A stretch of DNA of 64,000 nucleotides from an uncultured Acidobacteriota bacterium (GCA_963809485.1 CAWEJX010000007.1:96001-160000); one strand, 5' to 3'; shown: positions 38,516-48,937, counted from the first letter of the stretch. A program made the numbers and translations. Notes: generated by a model from the sequence alone, not told the origin.

Positions 38516-38689
38516 GATACGTTTCTCCAAAATTGATGGAAACCCGGTGGCCGAAGTGGATTGAAGTCTATGAGTGACCGGGATGGGAGTCAAGGCTCGA
38601 CCTCTGCTTCCCGGGAAATGCCCGAAATCACCCGCTCCGTCAGCGGAATCCCGGCAGCATCAAGCCGCAATTGGTTGCCTTCCTCCCAT

Positions 38690-39307
38690 TCAGTACTTGC
38701 CATACTCTTTTGCAGCCTCCATCATGGCGCGCAGGTTCTCCGGATTGACCTGGCTGACCCAGGCGCCGCCCGCGAGAATAAAGCCGCCCCCTGGGGCGCA
38801 AGCTTCGATGACCTTTCGGCAATATTCCTTCACTTCCCTGGGGCCTCCGGTGACCATCAACGAGGAGGGAATATTTCCGGAGATGCAGCATGTCCTCCCT
38901 AGAATCGTCTTGGCTTTGGCCATGTCGGTTTTGTCGAACAGCCAGCCGACGACGCCTTTCGGGAATTCGTTGACAGATTCCAGCCGTGAATCGTAGGTCC
39001 CTTCGGCGAACAGTTCCGACCGGATCCCTTCTTTATCAAGCGCATCCACGACCTTCTTGAGGGACGGCCAGTAGAACTTTTCAAACTGCTTCGGCGACAT
39101 GAAACCATCGGCGCCTTTGTGCAGAGGAAAGCCTGCCGAGTGCGCCCGAGTCGCATTTGCGGCGGCAATGGTCTGACGGATTGTAAAACCAGTGACAGCG
39201 TCGATCGCCTCCAGCAACTGCTCGGGGCGCCGGAACATGTCCATAATGATGCCCTTGGTGCCTCTTTGCTTTTTCCCTGAGTTTTGCATCTTAAGCATCA
39301 AATGCAT
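38690..39307 (-). pseudogene. C-terminal half of a uroporphyrinogen decarboxylase/MtaA-like family protein
   Basis: RGTKGIIMDMFRRPE, FMSPKQFEKFYWPSLK, CISGNIP, APGGGFILA. The N-terminal half is absent. Confidence 0.75.
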
Positions 39308-39487
39308 TAAGCGGATCGAGCTTCGGATTTGGCCTTGCGCTCGGAGCTTTATGGAAGAACTTGGTTATCTCTTTTACGTCGAAAGCCGGCCAAACATCAA
39401 AAACAATCGGCCCTCATGGGAATTCATGCCGATCGGCAGCCTGCTGCAACCTTTGAGTTACCCGTTCCCCTTTGAGTTCCTGTCGCC

Positions 39488-39532
39488 AAAACCGGAAACG
39501 GGAAACGTGAAACGCGTGATCGGCAAAGGCGC
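39488..39532. repeat. 45-bp inverted repeat, left copy (GAAACGN heptamers)
   Basis: Reverse complement matches 42328-42372 at 40/45 positions. Confidence 0.85.
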
Positions 39533-39556
39533 AAGCAAGCTTGCACACTGCAAGGA

Positions 39557-42286
39557 TCAGATGACGCCCGATTTCTTAAGCTTACTCAGTCTGGAAGGTC
39601 CAAGGCCCAGATACTTGAGATAGATGTATTCATTGTCATAGCCCACCGGGCGGCACACCCATTTTGTCCGGATGGGCGTCTCGGTCATTTTATGTTGTGC
39701 CTGAGCTACAACAACCTCGCCATAAAGAGGATCTTTAACAGGAGCAAATATTCCCCGGTCCAGCCAGTTGCTGTCTTTCATGGCTTCTTCAGGGGAACAG
39801 ACCGGCGCGAGCACCGGCGTGATAGGAGCCAGGCGGCCTTTCCTGGCGTATTCCACAGACATGTCCACCAGTTCCTGCTTGGTGTATTTGGATGTCTCCG
39901 CAAAAATCAAAGGCGCCCATTTCAATTGCTCATCCTTTTGTATAAAGGCTGTCGGAGTCGTCCAGCTCGCGGCTCCCCACTCATCCCATTTTCCCATCAT
40001 GTCGGCAAATGCCTGCCACATTTCCAACCTTAATCCGCCCAGAAAAATGGTCCCATCCCTGGTGGGCGCGAAACAGTAGACCCAGCTCGTAATATCCAGC
40101 TGTCCAAAGCGCTCGGCAATCGCTCCGTGTTCCTGATACCACAACGCAGCCCAGCCGTCAAAACAGGCGTAAGCTTCAGCCGTCGCGACATCGAGCGCCT
40201 GTCCCTCTCCGGTCATTCGCCTCCAACGCAGGGCGGCCAGAATGCCGACTGCCATAAAAGTTCCCGGTGAAGCCCAGCCGATCCAGGGGCCGGCCTTTGT
40301 GGGAACTGCCCAGGGGCATTCACTATAAGTCATACCATCGGGCATGATTTCTCCTGTAGCCGACTGTATTCCCGATCTGGCCTGAGCGACATTGTCATAA
40401 TCCGGCATCCCTCTCCGGCTCATCGGCCCGAACTGTCCATAGGCTGTGAGCGAAGCGAATATCAGCCTGGGATTGATCTCTTTTAGTTGTTCATAACCAA
40501 TCCCCCACTCATCCATGGTTCCCGGCGGATAGGTTTCTATCAGCACATCCGTCTGGCTGACCAAACCTTTAAGGATCTCCCTGGCTTCGGGCTCCTTGAG
40601 ATTCAGCGTGATGTGAAACTTGTTTCTGCCCTCCGTCAAATAGTTAAGACCTTCGCCTTTGTGGAGCATACCGTAGGGAGTGCAGGTCCTGATGAAATCG
40701 CCTTCGGGGGGTTCTATTCTCAAAACCGAGGCGCCAAATTCCGCCAGCATGGAAGAGCAGTAGCATCCTGCAAAACTCTTATAACTTAAATCCAACACGG
40801 TGATATCGTTCACGGCCTCAGGTTTTGTTTTTGCAATCCGGGGATCATCTCTCTCTCTCATCCATTCCGCGACAGCCGACTGCCTGCTTCCTGCCGAACC
40901 CGCCTTTTTTTCCTGGCGCGATCCCGCCGGGCCGGCCGCCAACTGCCATGGCGGATCTTTCGTCATGATGAGGCCCGACTTGCCATCCCAATTCTGCGGG
41001 GGCCGGCGTTTCTGGATGTCCGCCCATTTGCCCAAAGCGCCGCACTGATACAACTGCCTGATCTCGTCTCCGCTCTTCCCCAGATGATTCATCATGATGA
41101 ATTCATTATCGAAACCTACCGGCCTTGCCGACCACCGCACCCTCGGCGGCGTCTTTGACATCATCACGGGAAATTCATGGACGAAGTAGCGTCCCAGAAC
41201 AGGATCATCCACCTCGGTCATGTATCCGCGCTCGCGGAAGTGCCGGTCTTCGACGACATCCTTGTTCGTGTAGAGGCGGGATGCGGCAAAACCATGTGTC
41301 TCGGCCAATCGCTCAACTTCATCAGGGGTTTTGGTTATCGTCCAGTCAGCGATGATTCTGATCAATTCCGAGGCGTGATCTTCCTGCAGTCGGGTCAGGT
41401 GGTCTTTAAACCTGGCGTCTTCAGCCAATCCCGGTTTGCCCATCGCAATGCATAGTCCCCTGAACTCTTCCGGGGCCGGCGCTGCGATGACGACGAAGTC
41501 GCCGCCAGCGCAACAGAATGTATCGGCAGGACAGATGGATGCATCACGGTTGCCGCCGGGCATGGCGGACTTGCCGGTGATCTGCTGGTAAGGCCACACC
41601 CAGGACATTGCCCGCATAATCGCTTCGGTCTGCGACAGCTCAATAAACTGACCCTTGCCCGTCCGGTCCCGGTAATGAAGGGCCGCCATAACGGCCATTT
41701 CGCCCATCAGCGCGCCGTAACTGTCGCAAATAAAAAGGCGGCTCTTCAGCGGCGCCCGATTTGGAAAACTCGACATCCACGCATATCCGGAGAAGGCCTG
41801 GGCGGCGCCATCATTGGAAGGCCGGTTCTCCATCGCATACTGGCCCCACTGTCCAAAGCCATTTTTGGAGATGTAAATAATGCCCGGATTGATCTCCTGG
41901 ATCTGTTGATACCCGACATTCCAGCCGTCCATGACTCCCGGTCTCAGGTTATCTTCGATGATGTCGGCTCCGGACGCGAGTTCCCGGAACACCTTCTGCG
42001 CCTCAGGTTTGTGCAGATCAAGTCCCACCCAGTATTTATTGGGATTATCATGCACAAATCCGGGACCATTCTCCCTGAACAAATTCGCGAAGGGAGCCAT
42101 GTCACGATGCGTATCTCCCATAGGAGGGATTTCAAACTTGATGACTTCAGCACCCATCTCAGCCAGGAAAGCCGATCCCAAAGGACCCAGGATAAGAGTG
42201 CAAACCTCCAGCACCCTGATTCCCTTTAACGGCAAAGGCTTGGAGTGCTTCTTTTCTCTATAGTCCGTCCACGTTTTTTCTGCCAT
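39557..42286 (-). CDS. Tandem two-domain class III (CaiB/BaiF) CoA-transferase
   Basis: Two CaiB domains (PLKGIRVLE...LAEMGAEVIKFE; DITVLDLS...LAEFGASVLRIEPPEGD), each with INP.I/L and D..AQA.SG. Confidence 0.9.
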   Translation of the reverse strand: MAEKTWTDYREKKHSKPLPLKGIRVLEVCTLILGPLGSAFLAEMGAEVIKFEIPPMGDTHRDMAPFANLFRENGPGFVHDNPNKYWVGLDLHKPEAQKVFRELASGADIIEDNLRPGVMDGWNVGYQQIQEINPGIIYISKNGFGQWGQYAMENRPSNDGAAQAFSGYAWMSSFPNRAPLKSRLFICDSYGALMGEMAVMAALHYRDRTGKGQFIELSQTEAIMRAMSWVWPYQQITGKSAMPGGNRDASICPADTFCCAGGDFVVIAAPAPEEFRGLCIAMGKPGLAEDARFKDHLTRLQEDHASELIRIIADWTITKTPDEVERLAETHGFAASRLYTNKDVVEDRHFRERGYMTEVDDPVLGRYFVHEFPVMMSKTPPRVRWSARPVGFDNEFIMMNHLGKSGDEIRQLYQCGALGKWADIQKRRPPQNWDGKSGLIMTKDPPWQLAAGPAGSRQEKKAGSAGSRQSAVAEWMRERDDPRIAKTKPEAVNDITVLDLSYKSFAGCYCSSMLAEFGASVLRIEPPEGDFIRTCTPYGMLHKGEGLNYLTEGRNKFHITLNLKEPEAREILKGLVSQTDVLIETYPPGTMDEWGIGYEQLKEINPRLIFASLTAYGQFGPMSRRGMPDYDNVAQARSGIQSATGEIMPDGMTYSECPWAVPTKAGPWIGWASPGTFMAVGILAALRWRRMTGEGQALDVATAEAYACFDGWAALWYQEHGAIAERFGQLDITSWVYCFAPTRDGTIFLGGLRLEMWQAFADMMGKWDEWGAASWTTPTAFIQKDEQLKWAPLIFAETSKYTKQELVDMSVEYARKGRLAPITPVLAPVCSPEEAMKDSNWLDRGIFAPVKDPLYGEVVVAQAQHKMTETPIRTKWVCRPVGYDNEYIYLKYLGLGPSRLSKLKKSGVI

Positions 42287-42327
42287 GGCGATGGTCAGCC
42301 CTCCATTGTCTGTTTTGCGTGCGAAGC

Positions 42328-42372
42328 GCGCCTTTGCCGTGCACGCGTTTCGCGTTTCCGGTTTCCCGTTTT
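42328..42372. repeat. 45-bp inverted repeat, right copy
   Basis: GCGCCTTTGCCGTGCACGCGTTTCGCGTTTCCGGTTTCCCGTTTT. Confidence 0.85.
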
Positions 42373-42403
42373 CAAATACAGGATCTCAACGGGAAACGGG
42401 AAA

Positions 42404-42436
42404 TCCAAAAGCGGCGGGAAGCTGCCGCACTCAAAA
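42404..42436. repeat. REP-like palindrome
   Basis: AAAAGCGGCGGGAAGCTGCCGCACTCAAAA, a GCGGC/GCCGC stem resembling REP elements. Confidence 0.5.
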
Positions 42437-42584
42437 CATCGCTCAAAAATCCTTTGCTGCACCTAAAATTCGCCGCATCGTCCGAGCTGCCGCTTCCCTT
42501 GCGCTTTGCCACAAGCCGGCACCGACACATCGGGCGCGGTCGTGTGCTCCCGGATGGCAGCGGCGGCAGGTCTGTGGATATCAG

Positions 42585-42983
42585 CTATTTTGTCGACGAA
42601 AAAGCGGCGGATCTATTTTCCTGTCCACGGACGCACCGCACGCGATAGGCGCTGCTTTTATAGTAGCTAAGGATATAGGCCCCATCAAACATGACGATCC
42701 AGGCGCTATAGGTGTTCGGAGCGAATGTTGTTGACGACCAGTAGCTCAGAGTATCCCTGAAGGGAACCTCTTCCCGCACAGTCGGGCGCATTCTCTCAAA
42801 TAGGGTTTTTCGATCGATCAGAGTTTCAAGCTCAGCCGCCGTCGGCAATCGCCAATCATTCCTGCCGTCCAGCGTCAACGACCGCGCGTACTCCCGGGCT
42901 TCGTACCAGGTCATTTCCCCCGGGGAATCGAGCTGCCACTCCAATCCGGTTTCCGGGTCCTTCCACGTCAGCATCATGATCAA
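42585..42983 (-). CDS. DUF1566 (Lcl C-terminal) domain protein
   Basis: DPETGLEWQ, MTWYEA..YA..L...G..DWRLPT..EL, YWSST, VRCVR. Confidence 0.85.
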   Translation of the reverse strand: MIMMLTWKDPETGLEWQLDSPGEMTWYEAREYARSLTLDGRNDWRLPTAAELETLIDRKTLFERMRPTVREEVPFRDTLSYWSSTTFAPNTYSAWIVMFDGAYILSYYKSSAYRVRCVRGQENRSAAFSSTK

Positions 42984-43041
42984 TAGTCAAAGGAGCAGGA
43001 ACGAATGTCCGCGGGGAACACCGGGGGCTGTTCCTCTCCTG

Positions 43042-44958
43042 TTACGGGACGATTCTTTGCAGCCCCTGATCGATACCGCTCGGGAAGGTGGACTCATCTC
43101 CCCAATAAATGCAATGGGCCGGGCAAGCCCAGGTGCATGCCGGAGCTTCGTTTCTGCCGCGCTTCTCAACGCAAAGGTCGCACTTTACCGCTTTCAGGGT
43201 CAGGTGGTTGAACTGCATGACGCCGTATGGGCAGGCCTGCACGCAGGAAGTGCCGCAGGTAATGCATCGCTTCGCTTCCTGCAGAGCAGCCTCTTCCGTA
43301 AGCCCGAGCTGAACTTCATCGGAGCCCATCCGTTCCCGGGGCGGCAACCAGGGGACCTGAACGCGAGGCGCCGGATCATACTTTTCCTTCTGCGGTTGTG
43401 TGATAGGCGTCAGCTTTGCATCTCTCGCTTCTCTGCCCGTGTAAAGATCCAGACCTCTCAGATATCGATCGATGGAAACGGAGGCTTCTTTCCCGCAGCC
43501 GATGGCCTCCACGACGGTCTTGGGTCCATAACAGGCATCCCCGCCTGCGAAGACACCAGGAATCGCCGTTTCCAGCGTTATGGGATCGACTACAAACTGG
43601 CCCGCTTCGCTGGTTGCAATGCCTTGTTCCTTCGCAAAGGCTATGTCCGCCGCCTGGCCAATAGCGACAATGACCGTGTCGGCCTCCAGCAGGGTCAGAT
43701 CCGCCTCATTGTATTTGGGACTGAAGGCGCCCTTTTCATCAAATACTGAAACGCAACGTTTGAATTCAATCCCGAACAGCCGGCTGTCTTTTTGCAAAAA
43801 CCTATTCGGCCCAAGGCCGTTGACAATCTTAATTCCTTCCTCGATTGCCTCGTTGATCTCGCGTTCCCATGCAGGCATCTCAGCGCGCTGCTCCAGAGCT
43901 GCGAGCGTGACCTCGGCTGCGCCTCTGCGGATTGCCGTCATTGCGACGTCCATGGCTACATTGCCGCCGCCCACGACAATGACTTTGCGCCCGAGCGAAA
44001 CAGGAATTCCCAAAGACACATCGCGGAGAAAATCTATCCCGTTCACTACCCCGGGCATATCTTCGTTGGCCACATTCAATCGGATGTTCTGATGAAGGCC
44101 TGTCGCCAGAAAGAAAGCTTTGTACCCTTCCTTCTTAAGGCTCTCGAAGGTCACATCTTTGCCGAAGGTCACTCCGGTTCTGATTTCCACGCCCATCTTC
44201 TTGATCACACCGATGTCGTTGGCCAGCGTTTTTCTGGGAAGGCGATAGAGCGGGATTCCGACGGCCATCATGCCGCCGGCGACCGGGAGCTTTTCGAACA
44301 CCGTCGTCCTGTATCCGTTCTTGGCAAGGAAATAGGCTGCTGCGAGTCCGGCCGGACCGGAGCCGGCAATGGCTACCTTTGCCTCTCTCGTCTGGTTAAT
44401 TTTGGGCACATACGCGTCGCCGTTCGCGCGATCCTGATCGGCCAAAAACCTCTCGATGGAACGGATGGATACCGGGTCATCAATCTGTTTCCGATTGCAG
44501 TCTGTTTCGCACGGGAAGGTGCAGACTCTGCCGCAGATGGACGGGAACGGGCTGGTTTCCTTCAGCAGCCGCAGCGCTTCCTGGTATTTGCTCCTCGCCA
44601 CGAGCCCGATGAATCCCTGGATATCGTTTCCTGCCGGGCAATTGAATTTACATGGAGAGGTTTGCTGCTTCTCCGCTCCCGACTTGCCGGTCACGGCATT
44701 GCAGCCATTGCATTTTTCAGGATCTTGAAGCACGACGCCGGTTTCCGGATCTCTCCGGATGGCTTCTTCCGGACAAGACAGCGCACAAGGTGCATCTTCG
44801 CAATGGTGACAGTAATACTGCATGAACAACGGCGCCCTTTCCAAAACCTTTACCACCCTCGGGCCGACCGGAAGCCCGTGCTCCTGCTTGCATGCGACCT
44901 CGCAGGTGTGGCAACCGCAGCAATCCACCTGGCTGAATATCAATGATATTTTGCTCAT
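43042..44958 (-). CDS. DmsB-like 4Fe-4S protein with inserted GltD/NfnB-like FAD/NAD(P)H oxidoreductase module
   Basis: CCGCHTC..AC, CHHCEDAPC..SCP, then PCKFNCP, CGRVC..PCE..C, GSGPAG, GGGNVAMD, then CVQACPYG, KCDLC, PAC..ACP. Start overlaps the upstream stop (ATGA). Confidence 0.85.
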   Translation of the reverse strand: MSKISLIFSQVDCCGCHTCEVACKQEHGLPVGPRVVKVLERAPLFMQYYCHHCEDAPCALSCPEEAIRRDPETGVVLQDPEKCNGCNAVTGKSGAEKQQTSPCKFNCPAGNDIQGFIGLVARSKYQEALRLLKETSPFPSICGRVCTFPCETDCNRKQIDDPVSIRSIERFLADQDRANGDAYVPKINQTREAKVAIAGSGPAGLAAAYFLAKNGYRTTVFEKLPVAGGMMAVGIPLYRLPRKTLANDIGVIKKMGVEIRTGVTFGKDVTFESLKKEGYKAFFLATGLHQNIRLNVANEDMPGVVNGIDFLRDVSLGIPVSLGRKVIVVGGGNVAMDVAMTAIRRGAAEVTLAALEQRAEMPAWEREINEAIEEGIKIVNGLGPNRFLQKDSRLFGIEFKRCVSVFDEKGAFSPKYNEADLTLLEADTVIVAIGQAADIAFAKEQGIATSEAGQFVVDPITLETAIPGVFAGGDACYGPKTVVEAIGCGKEASVSIDRYLRGLDLYTGREARDAKLTPITQPQKEKYDPAPRVQVPWLPPRERMGSDEVQLGLTEEAALQEAKRCITCGTSCVQACPYGVMQFNHLTLKAVKCDLCVEKRGRNEAPACTWACPAHCIYWGDESTFPSGIDQGLQRIVP

Positions 44959-47076
44959 TTGGCTTCCTCCCATTCTTCGTCGCAGGGGGAAATGTTGCAC
45001 AAGCAGACCCTGAGGTTCGTGGAGCCCATATTGGGATCGCAGGTTTCGAAGGCGTTGTTTGTGATGATATTGGAGCTCGAGATATCCCAACCGTGTCCCG
45101 GATCTTTCATCTCCGGATACCACCATCCGTGCTCCGCGGCGATGACGTTCGGAAGAAGTCCTTCCGTAATTTTAGCCTTTTGTTTGATGCGTCCCCGCGG
45201 CGATTCGATCCAGACCCATTGACCGTCCTTGATTCCATGCTTTTTTGCGGTTTCAGGATGGATTTCGCAGATCGGCCATGGCCGTATTTCCCTCAACCAC
45301 GGGATCATGCGCATCTCGGTATGGAAGAATGTCGGCGTCCTGAGTCCCGAGTTGAAAATGTACGGATATCTCTTCGCCACTTCAGGCGTTGAAACCGGGC
45401 TTTCGGGAATCTCCTGATACTTGGGCACCGGATCGCGCCCCCACCTTTCCAATATGGTGGACGACAATTCCAGTTTTCCGGTAGGCGTTGAAAAACCTCT
45501 TTCCTTATATTTGCCGTAAACCATTTCGCCGTGCAGATAATCCTTCTCCTTGAATTGTTCCCAATTCAGGCCGGAAGGTTCCAGCAGGTAGGTCAGCGAA
45601 TCCTCGACGGTCGGGAACCACTGCTGCCCCATTCGCTTGCCGAGCTCGAGGAAGATTTTGTGATCCTGCCACGCTTCGCCGATATCCACGCACTTCACCC
45701 GGGCAAACACATAGCCGTGCCGCTTCCAGTTGTCGGCGACATAATTCTGTTCCAGCCAGGTTCCTGCCGGCAGGAAGATGTCCGCCAGTTCGGCTGTCGG
45801 AGTCAGGAAATGATCGATGACTACCAGAAATCCCAGCTGCTGCAAGGCGAGATAAGCCTGTTTCGCGTTGGCCCGGGATACGACCGGATTGGTCCCGCAG
45901 AGGAGCCCTGCTTTAAGCTGATACGGCGTCCCATAGACAATGGAGTCCCACGCTTTTTTCGGATTGATAAACTGCACTCGGGCGCCCAGGAAAAACTCCA
46001 TGCCGCCCAGCCGCTTCTGCTGCACTTCTCTCGACAGGCTTTTGTGGCAGGAAAACTCGGCGACCGTCCTGACCGGCGGATTCACAAAAAGGACATTTCC
46101 TCCGGGCGTATCCAGATTACCCGTAATTCCCATCAATCCGATCGCGGTGCGGGTGAAGTCCGTGCAGTTGTTGTTTTGTTCCGTGGGCACACCCCAATGG
46201 ATCGCCGCCGGTTTTGTGGTCGCATAGAGCCGCGCGGCGGCCCGGATCTTTTCCTTGTCCACCCACGTGATTTTCTCCACCTTATCCAGAGCGATAATCC
46301 TTCATGACCCGCTCTTTAAAGGCATCCCAACCGTGAACGTAGGTTTGCACGAAATCCTTGTCGTAGAGCTCCTCTTCGATAATTACATGGTGGAAACCGA
46401 GAGCCAGGGCGCAATCGGTGCCGGGACGAATCTGCAGCCAGATATCGGCCTTCCCTCCATAGAAAGATTTCCGGGGATCGATGCTGATCAGCTTAGCGCC
46501 GTTCTTATAGGCCCGGTAAAAGTTCTCTCCCTTGTATTCATCCGCGTTGGTCCACATGGGATTGCTTGCCCACATGACAATGAGCTTGGGCTCGCCGACG
46601 TAATAGTCGACAACCGGAAGGTTGCCGCAGGTAATGAGGCTTGTGGATACCCTGGAGACATAACACATATGCCCGGCCGTCAAAACGTTGGGCGTTCCCA
46701 ACAGATTCGCGAAGCGGTACATGTGGCTTTCATAATCCCTGCCGGTTCCCTGCCCGACCACGATATATTCCGGCCCGTATTTATCGACAACTTCCTGGAA
46801 CCTGGTTGCGACGGTATCCAGCGCCTCATCCCAGGTGATTCGCTCCCACTGCCCGCTCGGCTTCGGCCCCACGCGTTTCATCGGATAAAGGATCCTGTCC
46901 GGATGATAGGCCAGCTGTGTGACGGACAGCCCTTTGGTACACATGGTGCCGTGGCTGATGGGATCGTCGGGATTCCCTTCAACCTTGATCACCTTGCCGT
47001 CTTTTACGTAGGCAAAACAGCCGCAAGCGCCGTGGCAACAGCGGCAATGCGTTCGGATCTTTTTTATCTCTTCCAT
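44955..47076 (-). pseudogene. Mo/W-bisPGD oxidoreductase (acetylene-hydratase-like branch), frameshifted at ~46285
   Basis: CRCCHGAC...MCTKG Fe-S motif, GHMC putative Cys ligand, IRPGTD, TAELADIFLP, FSTPTGKLE, IHPETA. No Tat leader. Removing one base at GATTATCGCTCTGGATAAG restores D-Y-x-L-D-K-V-E. Confidence 0.85.
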
Positions 47077-47102
47077 TGGATGTCCTCCTCGGCTTCCTCA
47101 TC

Positions 47103-47138
47103 TTAGTGAGGTTGGCCCTGGAGAGCCGTCCTCACTAA
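47103..47138. other. Intergenic stem-loop between metF and the Mo/W enzyme
   Basis: TTAGTGAGG...CCTCACTAA. Confidence 0.45.
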
Positions 47139-47147
47139 TAATTCCTT

Positions 47148-48083
47148 TCAGACTTTCGGTCTCGGCAACAGCCCGGCCCTCTCAGCGATTTCCGGGATCT
47201 TTTGCTCCCATTCGATGGCCATGAGGTGAACTCCTGCAACACCTCGAATTTCTTTCAAAAGGGAGATCTGTTCGCAGGCGATCTGAATTCCTTCACCCGC
47301 TTCCCTATCCTTCGGGACACCTCGGAGACGAGACACAATTTCATCCGGAATTTCCATCCCGGGCACATCCTTCTGCATGTATTCAGCCATCCGGACGCTT
47401 TTCAGCGGCGTGATGCCGGCGATAAGGTAAACCTCCCCCAGCAGCCCCATGTCCGAAGCGCGCAGGATGAACTCACCGAATCTCGTCATGTTGTAGATGC
47501 ACTGAGTCTGTATAAAATCGGCCCCCGCCCGAATCTTCTTGGCCAGCCGACGGACGCTGAATTCGAATGGGTCCGCGAAGGGATTTATGGCCGCGCCGAT
47601 GAACATCCGCGGCGGACCGTCGATGGGTTCTCCGCCGGCAAATTTACCCTCGTCGCGCATCGTTTTGACCATCCGGATGAGCTGTATGGAATCAATGTCG
47701 AAAACTCCCATGGCATCCGGATGATCCCCGAAATCCTGATGATCCCCGGAAAGGCACACCATGTTCCGAATGCCATTGGCATAGGCCGCCAGGATATCGC
47801 TCTGCATGGCCAGCCGGTTTCGATCGCGGCAGACCATCTGATAATTCGGCTCCAGACCTTCCTGTAGCGCGATGATTGAAGCGCCCCAGCTCGACATGCG
47901 AACCATGGCGGTGGGATTATCGGTAATGTTGACGGCGTCTACGCAATTCCGAAGGTATCTTGCTTTCTCGCGGATCTTGATCGCATTGGCCCCGCGCGGC
48001 GGACCCAGCTCGCCGGTGAATGCGAATTCGCCCGACCTGAGCACTCGTTCCAGGTTGCTGCCTGATTTCATCGTCGCATTCAT
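47148..48083 (-). CDS. metF: Methylenetetrahydrofolate reductase (MetF, MetV-associated type)
   Basis: GELGPPRG, NITDNP, CRDRNRLAMQSD, LSGDH, KKIRAGADFIQTQ. Confidence 0.9.
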   Translation of the reverse strand: MNATMKSGSNLERVLRSGEFAFTGELGPPRGANAIKIREKARYLRNCVDAVNITDNPTAMVRMSSWGASIIALQEGLEPNYQMVCRDRNRLAMQSDILAAYANGIRNMVCLSGDHQDFGDHPDAMGVFDIDSIQLIRMVKTMRDEGKFAGGEPIDGPPRMFIGAAINPFADPFEFSVRRLAKKIRAGADFIQTQCIYNMTRFGEFILRASDMGLLGEVYLIAGITPLKSVRMAEYMQKDVPGMEIPDEIVSRLRGVPKDREAGEGIQIACEQISLLKEIRGVAGVHLMAIEWEQKIPEIAERAGLLPRPKV

Positions 48084-48115
48084 GGACGCAATTCGTGTGG
48101 ATTCGTGGCTGCCTT

Positions 48116-48403
48116 TCAGCCGCCGGCGGCCAGCATCATGATGGTTATGCGATCACCGTCCTGCAGGGGCCTCTGCATCTGGTCGGACCGAATCCACTCC
48201 TCTTTGTTGCGCAGGACCTTGAAGATCATGTCCAGGCTGCCGGTTTCGTCGAGAAGGAATTTTTTGACATCCTTTCCGTATTTGTCCGTTATCTGGCGGA
48301 TCAAGCCTTCAACGGTCTGGCCCGAGTAATCCATTGTGATCGTCTTGCTGCCGACCATTTTTACCACATTGGGCAGGCTGAGGAATTCGATCGTAATCGC
48401 CAT
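48116..48403 (-). CDS. MoaD/ThiS-family sulfur carrier
   Basis: Ubiquitin-like size, LQDGDRITI, C-terminal GG. Confidence 0.85.
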   Translation of the reverse strand: MAITIEFLSLPNVVKMVGSKTITMDYSGQTVEGLIRQITDKYGKDVKKFLLDETGSLDMIFKVLRNKEEWIRSDQMQRPLQDGDRITIMMLAAGG

Positions 48404-48915
48404 CACTGAACCTCGAGAAGCGAGGAAGCCTTCCGATCCGCGGCCTGGAGCCTCCGGGCCGCCTCCCTCCCTTTTTGCAGGCCCAGGTCCCTGGGCTCGA
48501 CAAAACTGACTGCGGCGACATCGCAGAAGCGAACGCACTGCGGCTCGCCGTCACAAAGATCGCACTTGATCACCTTTCGGTCGGTAGAGACGAAGTGCAT
48601 CGCCCCAAATGGGCATACGGACACGCAGGTGCGGCAACCGATACATTTTTCATAATCCACATCCACCCGCGCCATGTCCGCGTTGCGCGAGAGCGCTTTG
48701 GCCGGACAACCGATTACGCAGGGAGCATCCTCGCATTGCTGGCAGGATACGGGCACATAGATCCCCTCGGATTCCCATTTGATGATGCGTATCCGGCTGC
48801 GCATGGGATTGGACACGTGATCATGTTTTACGGAGCAGACAAGCTCGCACAGCCTGCATCCCGTGCACTTTTCATAATCCACTTTCAGGACTTTGCTGTT
48901 CTTTGGCATGGACAA
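48403..48915 (-). CDS. 4x[4Fe-4S] ferredoxin subunit (AOR partner)
   Basis: CTGCRLCELVC, CQQCEDAPC..GCP, CIGCRTCVSVCP, KCDLC...C..C. Confidence 0.9.
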   Translation of the reverse strand: MSMPKNSKVLKVDYEKCTGCRLCELVCSVKHDHVSNPMRSRIRIIKWESEGIYVPVSCQQCEDAPCVIGCPAKALSRNADMARVDVDYEKCIGCRTCVSVCPFGAMHFVSTDRKVIKCDLCDGEPQCVRFCDVAAVSFVEPRDLGLQKGREAARRLQAADRKASSLLEVQ

Positions 48916-48937
48916 TTTTCCTCACGGTTGCCGCCGG

